Assembly (NCBI GenBank): GCA_951406725.2
Contig: OX597823.1
Location: 24,676,001 to 24,740,000 of the forward strand
Reading direction: 5' to 3'
DNA: 64,000 bases
From: Octopus vulgaris
Taxonomy: Eukaryota
Of the stretch, positions 41,994 through 55,129 are shown one piece after another. Position 1 is the stretch's first letter, and every line of letters begins with the position of its first letter. Under the pieces are notes generated by a model, which was given only the letters and a program-made list of their open reading frames with translations, was not told the origin of the DNA and ran no database searches. The translations under genes were made by a program, and so were the position numbers.

Positions 41994-44900
41994 AAGTTGT
42001 ATACCTTTGTATATATAATGCATACACACACACATATATATACAATGTGATTATATTTACATTTATATATTTAATGCGTATATATATATATACATATATA
42101 TATATATGTATATATATTATGTGTGCATTATGTGGTCGGTGGAGCTGAAATATGCACACCTATGTTAAAAGTGCTGGCGAGTTTGCATGGCAACTATTTT
42201 TTTCCTTGAATGAAAGGGGTGACCTCTAGGACAAAATTCCTCATCTTTTAAAATGTGGCCCGATTACACCCGAATGAAATCGGTTTATATTAACCAAACA
42301 AGTAAAACAATGAAAAACTATGCCATTTTAATCCCAAATAAGGTCAGGTATCTCTGTAGGTCTACTACATATTTGTGAAAAGGGCAGATGTTGTCTCACA
42401 AGAAGTTTTACAAGCAAAAGTGTTAGTAAATATGGTAGGTTCAGTTGAAAATTTGCACACCTATGTTAAAAGTCCTGGCGAGTTTGCATGGCAACTTTGA
42501 GTTTGCTCAATTGAAAGGTGTGGCCTCTAGGGCAAGAGTCCTCATCTTTAAAGTCTGGCCCGCATAGACCCTAATGAAATCGAGTTATAATACCGAAACG
42601 AATAAAACAATGATAAGCTATTTTAATCCGAACAAGATCGGGTTTCTCTGCTATCTATATTTATAAAAGAGGCTTTGCATCAAAATTGTGAGCGCGTTTT
42701 GCTACGTCAGAGGTTGGCGGCCACAGATCAAGCTGAAAATTGACACAGGCTTAGAAGGCATGATGAGGCAGAGAGTTGAGTTGGTTAAAACTCACCATCT
42801 GGAAAGATGCGGTTGCTATGGGGAGAAGATTCAAGGGAGCTCTAAGCCCCTCAAATTTGGCGCGATTGGCATCTAGCCCTATCTATAAAGTGAAAAAGGC
42901 GAACGTAGACACAAATTGGATTTTTATGTTAAAAGGGGTCTAAATGGGGCTGGAAGGGGATTCAAATTTATAGGAGGGGGTAACTTGAGGGGGGAAATTG
43001 AGTGAGAGACGTTTTGTAGTGCTATAGTAGTTGCTTTGATGTGAAAACTGGGATTTTATTGATTTTGGGGGACAATTGGCAGTCTAGATTGGACACCTTT
43101 TGCCCGATTTCTATCAAATTTTCAACATGGTAAAGTGGAAGCGGATTTGTAATTTTAACGCAGAAATCTAATTTTTTTATAAATGGCAGAGAGATAGATA
43201 GATAGAGAAAGATAAAGAGTAAGAGAAAGTCCGAGAGAAAGGAAGAGTAAGAGAGTGGGAAACAAAGAAACAAAGAGGGAGAATGTGGCGATAAGAAACA
43301 GAAAGTAACAACCACAACCTCACCCGTGCATAGAGCGGGTCACCTTAAGCTAGTCAATATCTATAAATCTGAAATGAGAAAGTTTGTTTGTTTGTCTGGT
43401 TTTGACATTGGAACGGGTAAAGGGCACTAGATCCCATCGAATTGACTCCAAAATTTACAGGGACATCTAAAATGAGGTGAGGACATGAGTGGGCTAAGTT
43501 AGAAATCCCTGTCTTAAAAGGTGTGGTTACTAGGGCAAAAAACGCTCACTTTGACAAGACTTCTCTCATTCTCTTATCTGCCTGTCTTCCTCCGTCTCTC
43601 TCTCTCCTTCCTCCCTTCCCATTACTTTCTCTCTATAATGACGTTTGACAGCGTCTACTATCTTTCCCCCGCCGCCTTCGACAACGCTGTCACTCTTTTC
43701 TCCACCGACTCCCTCTCTCTCTCTCTCTCTCTCTCACTCACTCTCTGTATGTCTGTCTGCATTCATAGAGAGTTTTATTATCGCCACCACCAACACACAA
43801 TCATGAGAACAAATATTGTGATTCAGATATTTATTGGGTTAATCTATATATGCGTGTGTGTGTGTGTCTGTATCTATATATAAATATGTATATATAATGT
43901 ATATATACAGTGTATATATTTGTATTTATATATATATATATCTAATTTGTATACATTTGTATATATAATGCGTACACACACATACATATATATATAATGC
44001 GAATATATATATTATGTGTGCATTATGTGGTCGGTTGAGCTGAAAATATGCACACCTATGTTAAAAGTGCTGGCGAGTTTGCATGGCAACTATTTTTTTC
44101 CTCAAATGAAAGGCATGACCTCTAGGACAAAATTCCTCATCTTTTAAAATGTGACCCGATTACACCCGAATGAAATCGGTTTATATTAACCAAACAAGTA
44201 AAACAATGAAAAATTATGCCATTTTAATCCCAAATAAGGTCAGGTATCTCTGTAGGTCTACTACATATTTGTGAAAAGGGCAGACGTTGTCTCACAAGCA
44301 GTTATACAAGCAAAAGTGTTAGTAAATATGGTAGGGTTCAGTTGAAAATTTGCACACCTATGTTAAAAGTCCTGGCGAGTTTGCATGGCAACTTTGAGTT
44401 TGCTCAATTGAAAGGTGTGGCCTCTAGGGCGAAATTTCTCATCTTTAAAGTGTAGCCCGCATAGACCCTAATGAAATTGAGTTATAATACCAAAATGAAT
44501 AAAACCATGATAAACTATTTTAATCCCGAGCAAGATCGGGTTTCTCTGCTATCTATATATATAAAAGAGGCTTTGTGTTAAAATTGTGTGAACATTTTGC
44601 TACGTCAGAGGTTGGCGGCCACACCGGGTGGTCACATCGAGCTGAAAATTGACACAGGCATAGAAGGCATGATGAGGCAGAGAGTTGAGTAGGTTAAAAC
44701 TCACCATCTGGAAAGATGCAGTTGCTATGGTGAGAAGATTCAAGGGGGCTCTAAACTCCTCCAGATTGGCATGATTGGCATCTAATCTTATCTATAAAAT
44801 GAAGTAAGCGAACGTAGACACAAATTGGATTTTTATGTAAAAAGGGGTCTAAATGGGGCTGGAAGGGGATTCAAATTTATAGGAGGGGGTAACTTGAGGG

Positions 44901-47807
44901 GGGAAATTGAGTGGGAGACGTTTTGTAGCGTTACAGTGGTTGCTTTGGTGTGAAAACTGGGATTTTATTGATTTTGGGGGACACTTAGTGGTCTAGATTG
45001 GACACCTTTTGCCCGATTTCAATCAAATTTTCAACATGGTAAAGTGGAAGCGGATTTGTAATTTTAACGCAGAAATCTAATTTTTTTATAAATGGCAGAG
45101 AGATAGATAGATAGAAAAAGATAAAGAGTAAGAGAAAGCGAGGGAAAGTCCGAAAGAAAGGAAGAGTAAGAGAGTGGGAAAATGAGAAAGGATAGAGAAA
45201 CAAAGAGGGAGAATGTGGCAATAAGAAACAGAAAGAAAGCAACAGAATGTAACAACCACAACCTCACCCACTCGTAGAGTGGGTCACCTTAAGCTAGTAT
45301 ATATATATAATGATGATGATGTGTGTTTCTGTGTGTTAGTATGCAAGTATTGATCCATCAGGGCTCAATTCTTACTCCCTTTTCTCTTTTTTGCTTTACT
45401 CATCTGTTTGTATATATGCATTTATATCTGCAGCCAGATTTCTTCATATTGATCCACTCAAAGTCTTTTATTGCAACATAAACATTTCCTCCCCTTTGTA
45501 ACTCATTCCCAAACATACATACAAGCACCATTTGTGTCAAATGTTTTTAACAATTCCAGCTCACCTCACAGTTAGCTGTGGGCCTCCTAAAGACATTGTT
45601 GGTGCTAAGAAGTTGTACAGAACCAACTCATATAAAGCTGAAGTGTCTTATATTTGTCCAAATGAAGAACTAATAAAGTCAACATGTGAAAAGGACAGTA
45701 AATGGACTCCAGTCCCATCTACTTGTAAAGGTAACATAAATAGTTTCCTACTTGTTGTCTCAGTTAATGTAATTTTGTTTTATCTTTATGTTAATGTCAT
45801 TGTCAGAGAAAGAAAGGCTAATTCCATGACAATTTCCATGATGCTTGTGGTTGGTGGGAAGGAGAAAGAACATTATCCTCTAATCAGAGACATCTCCAAA
45901 TGCTTGCAACAGAGTACACTTCATTAATACTACACAACGGACAGGGATGCTATTAAATTGGGCAATGGATTGTCTGCCAGGCAAGAGCTGGAAGTGTAGA
46001 AACTTGTCTCCTGTAGGCTTACTAATAGTTTTCATCCACAAGGATTAATTGTAAAAGGAGATTTTCAACTCAGACAAAATTCTACCCAATGCCACATTGT
46101 TGTTGAATTTGTTACCTCTACAATTATACTATATCTCATCTGATAGTTTTTCTCTTAATTTGTAATGTCTTGGTAGTTTTTCTCTTAATTTGTAACTTCT
46201 TGATAGATTTTTTCTTAATTTCTAGCTTAATTCTTTCTCATTTGTATTTTGAATCATCATCCAAAACTCAGTACAATATAATGCCCTGAGTATTAAAAGT
46301 TAGCAGTCTTCTGAAACTTTTGATGTTCTTGCTTTCTTCCAATCCACTGATGCAGTATCAGGCACTGACTCACATGGCTTCTGATCTTAACTGATTGGCA
46401 GTGTTATATATATATGTTTTGTCTTGGTATAAAAGGTGGGCTACAATAAATTTGCTGCTCAATACCACAGATGTGCTTATCAGTTACTAGACCATGACCA
46501 GTTGAGCATGTCCCTTAGTGGTTAACAATATTTGCATCTCTGATCATGAGTATTGGGGAAGCATCATAGCCATGTATTGAGAGTAATCCCTTGAGGCTTA
46601 AATAATTCACCTCTGGAAACATGGGTGTTTCATTCAACATCTTTAAACACTTTAAACAACCCTTATTCAGGATCCTTTTGCACAGGATAGGCTACTCAAC
46701 CTGAAGAAAATTCTAACTGGGTTCCACCTGCAAGGTCATGCACTGTTTATCTTGATATGAGGTCACAAGTCGTGCACAGTTGGTTGTGATGCCTGTGCTT
46801 GGTGTATCCTTATCAGATAGGTAATCATGATGGGTATATTGGGTTTCATATATTTGTACCCCAGTGCCATTTAGATTGCATACATTGTTCTGACTCTCTA
46901 ATTGATGCTCAGAGACCAGACATTATTGTAGTGGATAAGAGAGAAAGTAATCTAAGACCATAGATATTGGCATACTTGGAGATGCATGCATAGGTGACAA
47001 AGAGCTGGTAAAGTTGGAAAAATAGAAGTTTAAAAGACGAAATTGCAAGAATGTGAGCAATGAAGAGAGTAACTGTCATCTCAGGAGTTGTAGGAACACC
47101 CAGAACACTAAACAAACAAGATTGATGTACTTTGCCTCTTATACTACTAAAGTTGATAAAACAAACACTATTCATTCATTTCCATGTTTCATTCATTTTC
47201 ATGTATCCTCACAACAGAATCTGTGGCCTTGTGTTTACGTTAGGAAGCATTATCATTGATATTGTTCACATAATAATAATAGTACTTGGTATAATCATCA
47301 GACTGAAAGAGTTCTTGAGTTAGAAAAATGCAAGATTTTATGGAATTTTCCAATTCAAACAGATAAGAAGACAGAAATTAATAAACCTGACAATGATAGG
47401 CAAGGGAAAGTAAATTTGCTTACCGATGGATCCACCATGTCCCTTTGATTTCAGGATTGTAAAGAAAGATGAAAAATGTTTAAAATACAGTCCCTAAAAA
47501 TTTGAAGTCGTAAGAATTTGCAATATGGAAACAATAAAGATTGTGCCTGTAATAGTTGGTGCATTAAGGATATAGACAAATAGTTGAAATAGATTGGAAC
47601 AGAATATCCTGTAGAGCTTCTACAAAAAAGTTTGCCTCATAGGGACAGGAAAAATTAACAGAAGAGTTTTGAGCACTTGAAAGTTTATTGAAAGATTGTG
47701 AATACCTAACGTTACAGGTAGTACCCACTACCCACATAAATTCTACCAAGAATAAGACCAAACCTGAGTCAAGTCAAATAATAATAATAATAATAATAAT
47801 AAGGATG

Positions 47808-47846
<39 letters not shown>

Positions 47847-49424
47847 CAACATATACCACCTCATCAGCACAAAAGTGCAACAAAGGATACAATAGAAAAT
47901 TGCTTGAAGCTATCAGATGTCGAAAAATAATAGTGGTGATGAACATTACCATACCTCAGTTTATGAGAGATGAGAGTTTCTGAAGAAACTCTGGCTGTAA
48001 CAGCGAAAATGAAGCTGGACCTTTAAGGGAAGGCCTCTCGCTTGACAGTGGTTCAGTTAAGATGCAGACTGGCCACAGCTATTATCCTAATACAGCATCA
48101 GCAGATAATAGGGTAAGGTGGAGGAAGTGAACCAGCAAAGAAAACAGGATGGTGATGCAGTGCTACTTAGAAAGAAAAAACCTAAAAGAAGGAGCGTTAG
48201 AAAACAGATGCTAACACTTTGGTTAGAGAAGGATATGTTTAAAGAAACTGATCAGAGATTAGTTGATCAAGCTAATGCTATTAGGAGAAGAAATTGTATG
48301 ACAGAATTGGAGGTGGAAGAGATCACAAAAGAACAAGAAAAGGAAGACCAAGCAGGAGTAAAGACAAACAACATAAGAGATGCAGCTCAAACCAAAGAAC
48401 CTAAAGGAAAAAATAATAATAGAGCTACCAATAAGGAAGGGACAACTGGCATCAATGCCTTAAGTGGTGATTTAAGTGAGGAAGATCAGAATATTTTTAG
48501 ATGAGTTGCAGGAAGTAATGAATAAAGAAGTAAAAAAAAGATTGCCAGCATTAAAAGGCACCAACAGAAGGAAGCTGCTAGAAATAACTAGGAAAGTAGG
48601 TTCTGCTATCAGTAAGATAGATACTAAAAATGTAAGAAACATTAACTTATTGATCTATTTAGGAGGGGTAGTATTTACTAGAAGATTAGATATTACACAA
48701 GGAAAATTTTTAAAAGACCAAATGTGAAAAAAGAGATTACATTGTAAAGTGAAGACTTTAAGACAAGATCTGAGTAGAATAGAAGCCTGGAAAACAATCA
48801 AGTTAGGAAACACAAGATTAAAATCTTCTCCTGAGAAAAGAGAAAGGATTTGGGACAGTCATAGAAGAGTTGAAACAATGTATCATGGCAGTAGAAGGTA
48901 AGCTTTCCAGATGTCAGAAAAGAATAGATCAGTATCAACAGAATAGATTATTTGAGACAGACCAGAAGAGATTTTATAATCAAACAAATAGTGGAGAACG
49001 GAATACTGAAGATGAGAAACCTAATGCAGAAGCTAGAAATTTCTGGAGTAAAATTTGGGGTAAGTCAGTCACTCATAATGGAGATGTAGTATAATTAAAG
49101 AAAGTGAGGGAAGAAGTAGTGAGTGAGAAGCAGCCAGATCTAAGACTAATGCATTAATGAGTAAAGTGTTAGGAAAAATACCAAATTGGAAGGGTTCAAG
49201 ACCAGATTTAGTTCAAGGGTTCTGGCTACAGAAATTTAGCAGTTTACATGGGAGATTGTGGGAACAACTTCAGGATTGCCTGAATGGAGGAATAATACTA
49301 GATTGGATGACTAGAGGAAGAACAATACTCCTGATGAAAGATAAAAGCAAGGGTAATACAGAAGGGGATAGGTAGTCAAAAGCGAAGGCATCTAATTTCT
49401 AGATGACCAGACATTATAATCATT

Positions 49425-49459
<35 letters not shown>

Positions 49460-50363
49460 ATAAGTAGCTAGGAGTATTAGAATCTGACAGAATACTCTGT
49501 TCATATATTTATACTAATGCCTCAGTTTCTCATCATCTTTTCATTTTCATTTCCATTTTCATTTTAATTTCATTTTCTAATTTTTAAATTTGTTCTTTTT
49601 CTTTAAGATAGTTTTTTAATGTTTTTTTCTCATTTCATTTTTCATTCTTCATTTTTCAATTTCTCAATTTTTCATTTTGTCAGTTCTCCACGGTATTCTC
49701 TTCATTTCTCTATTCTACCATCTTTCACCCCTAGCCTTTGGTTTCCCCATCAATAAACCACTAAGTATCACCTCCTTCTTCTACTTGCTCATTCTTTCCT
49801 CCTAGCTCGGCTTTTCTTCTCTCAGCATAGCACCCTTTCTCACAATCTGACTATGGCATCACCCTGTCACATCTCTCTGTACTATATGTTAACTTTGTCC
49901 TTCCTGAGCTGATAAAATATTAATATAATACTAGTCATGTTTAGAAGCCAATTTCATTGACCAATTCTAACCCCAAATATTTGGTCTACTTTCTGTTAGA
50001 AACTAATATCATTGATATTGCTATTGTTGCTATTTTTCATTGGCCTAAATTTTATTTTAACTCTAGATTCTGAAACCCATTTTGTGAAAGTAAAAGATGC
50101 AGTTCTGGATGTATCTGGGAAAAGATTGTTGCACAAGAAAAATGTAACAGCAGATGCCTGTGCAAAACGATGTTTTTCTGATGAAAAGTGTTTATCATTT
50201 GAAATAATTAGAGAAGAAGGAAAATGTTACTTATCAAAGAAAACTGCAACTAAATCTAAGAAAATGAAATCAGACAAAAACAGAGATTACTACCAACGAA
50301 TACAATGTAATTATTCTTAGTATTTGTTTGTTGGATTCTATTTTCCTCTTTTTCTGAAATTTG

Positions 50364-50403
<40 letters not shown>

Positions 50404-52881
50404 CAATAACAATAATACTGATTTATACTCCTTAGAAGAAGCAAAAGTGGGAGAGTATCAAGAGGATCTGCTCTCAGAAAGTCAAGCAAATGGAAGTCTC
50501 CAGGAAAGGATAAAATTCCTAATATCTGGTTGAATGCCTCCCAGAGGGCTATGAACTGCTAACAAAACTTTACAATAATGTTTTGCAACAACCTAGTATG
50601 TTTCCCTCTTGGTTAGTTAATGGTGTTTCATTCCTACTTCCAAAAAGTGAAGAAACATATGAACCAAAAAACCATCGACCCATAACCTGCTTAACAACAA
50701 TGTATAAAATACAAACAACTGTCTTGACTGAATATACCTATCGTTTTTTAATAGAAAGTGGCATATTTTCTAATTGAGCAAAAAGGATGTAAATGTGGGT
50801 CCTATGGTTGTAAAGATCAGTTACTCATCAATAAGATGATCTTGAAAGATTGTCACAAACAACACAAAAACTTGTTGATTGCTTGGGTAGGCTATAAAAA
50901 AGCTTTTGATAGTCTACCACATTGCTGGATTAAGAAATGTTTGGAAATATGTATAAAATAGTACCTACTCTGCAAGATCATGGAGAACCACAATGACTTA
51001 GAACAGTGACAATGAATCTCTCAATATTGGCAATGTAAGACTTTCATGTGGCATTTTCCTGGGTGACTCCTCTTTTGTCTAGCCTTAATACCTTTCTCGA
51101 AATTGCACAATGATATACAATATGGCTATAAAATGTTTGATAAAAATATAAATCATCTCTTTTACATAAATGATTTAAAACTCTTTGCAAAAAATTACTA
51201 ACAACTACAAGGCTTATTAGAAATTGTTAAACAATTCAGTGATGACATCAGGATGCAATTTGGCCTCGATAAATGTGCAAAAGTTACCTTTATCAAAAGA
51301 AAAGTGACAGAAACATCCAATGTTAATCTTGACAAGCAGAATGTCATAAAGGAGGTAGAAACAGTGGAGAGCTATTTGAAGGTGATGGAATCAGGCATTC
51401 AATGATGAGGGGAAGGATCAGAAGAGAAAGTTATCAGAGAGTAAGAGCAATACTCAAGACAGAGCTGAATGCAAGAAATAGGATTGAAATGATCAATACT
51501 TTAGCCATACCAGTCCTGACTGGTCAGTTACTGAAATACATAATCTTGACAGAAAGATACAAAAATTGTTGACAATACATAGAATGCACCATCCTAAGGC
51601 AGATATAGAATGACTTTACCTGTCAAGAAAAGAGGGTGGCCCTGGACTTTTACAACTGTAATTAACAATGAAGATTGCAACAATTGGCCTAAACACCTAC
51701 CTGAAAAACTCAGATGACTGGATGTTAAAACTTGTCTCAAAACATGAAAGCAAGAAAGTATCATACTCAGTAATAAAATAAGCTAAGAAATATCTAAGTG
51801 AATTCCAAATACAACAAATCCCAGAATTAGATGTACTGGAAACAAGCACATAAAAAGCTAAGCGTATGAAAACCCATGCTAAAATTGCTACTATAGATAT
51901 ATTTCTGATAAACGACAAGAAAATCCTTTCAATGGCAAATAACCAAAGGGAGCTAATAATGCTGATGTTGACAAAGCCCTTACTCATCTATGGTTAGTGT
52001 CTTCTGGTTTAAGATCAGAAACAGAAGGGTTTATCATAGCAGCCCAAGATCAATGCCTACCTACAAGGAGCTACCAGACCAACATATTAAAGAATGGCAG
52101 TAGCCCAACATGTTGTGTATGTAACCAACAAAATGAAACCATTGATTATATTGTCTCTATGTGCAGTCTTCTTGCACCTACAGAGTATTTTAACTGACAT
52201 GGTAGAGCAGCACAATATATTCACTGGGTAATTTTCAAAAATCTGGACCTGCCCCATGATAAAAATTGGTGCTTGAAAATGATCACATCTCACTCCTCTA
52301 GAACTTCACCATTCAAACTGACAGAAAGATAGATGTAAATAGGCCAGACATTATAATGAAAGACTTCAAACAAAAATCCTGCCTCCTCATCGATATGACT
52401 GTCCTAATCAACATAAATGTATCTGTCAAGACCTACCAAAAACTGAGCAAGTATAAAGATCTTGAAATAGAAATTGGCAGAATGTGGAACCTCAAGACTA
52501 AAACAATACCTGTTGTCATAGGTGCCCTAGAAATGATATCAAAAGGGGCTGATTGCTACCTAGGTCAGATACTAGATAACCCCAGAATGGCAGAAATTCA
52601 AATGACTGTACTCATGGGAACTGCCCATATCCTACATAACATATTGTCTAAGTAATCTCAAAATTTAAAACAAACATAATTTTTATGTTTTCTTAAACAT
52701 TCTCCCGAACAATACTATGTGCAAAGCCAAATATATGACACCCTAGGCATAACACCAACTTGAACTTCTAACTTGTTGTCTCTTGAGGTCTCTGGATAAG
52801 ACTTGGAGTCAACTTGTACAAGTACAAAGCAAAAGTCAAACGTATAATAATAATAATAATAATAATAATATGATTATTATA

Positions 52882-52930
<49 letters not shown>

Positions 52931-54070
52931 GTTAAGCAGTGAACTGGCAGAGTTGTTAGCACACAGGAGAAAATTTTTAGTGGCATTTTGTGTCTTTATA
53001 TTTTGAGTTCAAATTCTGCTGAGGTCAACTTGACCTTACATCCTTTGGGTGTCATTGAAGTAAGTACCAGTTGAGCACCAGGGTTGATGTAATGAACAAT
53101 ACCTCTTCATCAAAAGTTCTTGTTTTGTACCTATAGTAGAAAGGATTGTTACTACTACCAGCAATTGACAATTTGAATAAAATATATTAAAAACCATCTG
53201 GTGCATTGTTTTATAAATGGAAAATATATTGTAAAAAATCAATCCATTCATAAAATTATTTTTTAGTGTAATACACGCCCGTAAAAATAAATGTGAATCC
53301 TTAGAATAGAGTAAATAAATGTGAAGTACATAATGTCATAAACAAAAACTCACCAGAATATTTCAGTTATAGACAATCCTTTTGTACATCCCTCTCCTGA
53401 CAGTCTTCTTTTGTTTTAGATTGAATGGCCATAACAACACTTGACATGCTTGAGAGATTATCAGCCCTACAAAATCACACCATTAGAGAAGACATGTTCA
53501 AACAAATATATAGCCTGCAGCCTGAGCACTGAGACAAGGTTCCACATAAGTCTGAAGACGGTCCACAGCTCACATACATTCTGATTAGGTTGCCATTTTG
53601 TGGATTAGTCATTTGTTTATAATAAATTGTCCAATTACAAAGTTATGCACCATATTCTTTACAAACGTGTGTATGTGATTGGGTGAGTGGATGAGTATAA
53701 AATATACTTCTTATTTTTTTCTTCTTTTCTAGCTGATGACCAGCCTGTTGTATTGAGAAACGTTAGCTTTCCAAAGCAGGTTACTTTGAAACAGCTTAAG
53801 GATACAATCTTAAAGGAGTGTAAGAAATCCTGCCATCAATATCCAGGATGTAATTCTTTTCAGTACAATAAGAAAGACAAGTTATGTGATCTGAGTAATG
53901 CGACTCATTTGACTAATGAACTTAAACCCAATGATGGAAGTTGGGATGTATTCATTATTAATCCAGGTCAGTAGAGTCCTTCCCCAGAAACAGCTCTCAA
54001 GTTAAGAAATTATACATTCTCACCCTAGTATTCTGTATTTTTAATACTCCATCTAAATTTCTCTCTCTCT

Positions 54071-54152
<82 letters not shown>

Positions 54153-55094
54153 CTCTGTATATATATATATATATAATCAAACATAAGCAACAAAAATAAC
54201 TTCGGTAATTTGGTACAATCATTTCACGCTACATCATTTTATTAAATACTGTAAGTATTACAACAGTTTTAAAATGTTGAGCAATCATCAGCCATTAATA
54301 GAGATTTCCCATTAATACATAATTTTCATATAAATTGATAACATTATAGAGAAGGAAGATATATAGACAAAGATATCGATTTAAATTTTAAGAACATTCA
54401 GGTAGTAGAGTTTAGCAACTGACTGAAGAATATTCAGAATATTCAGTTATTTTGAACTGCTAGAAGGTTGGGAAGAAGGATCAGTTGAAAGAAGACAAAA
54501 AAGATTTTCTATTTATAGAAATAGGGTTGAAATAGATGTCAGAAGTTCTTTATAAAGAAATTAAGGTAGAGAGGTAGTTGTAATGCTGTAGAGGCTGTAT
54601 ACTACTATTTGGCAAACAGATTTTGGTGTCCTCAGAGTATCTGAATGTTTTAAGTACCCCCACCCCATCCTTTCCTTTTTATATATGTAAAACATTCCCA
54701 CCAGATTCTTTCATTTCTATATCAAACTTTGTACAGAAAAGATTTGCAACATTTAGAAAGCTGGCAGTTTCTAAATTGCTGTGTTTTGCGCACATCAACA
54801 ATGACTGCATGTCTTTTCATTTATTGTTTTAACATTTTAGCTACCATGGAGTATCTGAAATAAATAAAAGTTTTTTAATTGCTTTGAAGAGAATAATATA
54901 CTGAAAATTAAGTGTCCTGGAATACTTTTTGTACCTTTATATAAAGCACATATATCAAGGTACTTTTGTACCTTTATATATATGCTTTCTCAAAATAATT
55001 TCACAGTATTATGGCATTCTTACAGAATGTCCATGTTAAATATGATGTACAGATTGCTATTCACTACTCATACTGCTTCTGTCACTAAAATATA

Positions 55095-55129
<35 letters not shown>

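Noticed and set aside
52940-53030. A-box/B-box-like motifs as tRNA genes
   Set aside because: No cloverleaf; they are heads of a multicopy SINE.
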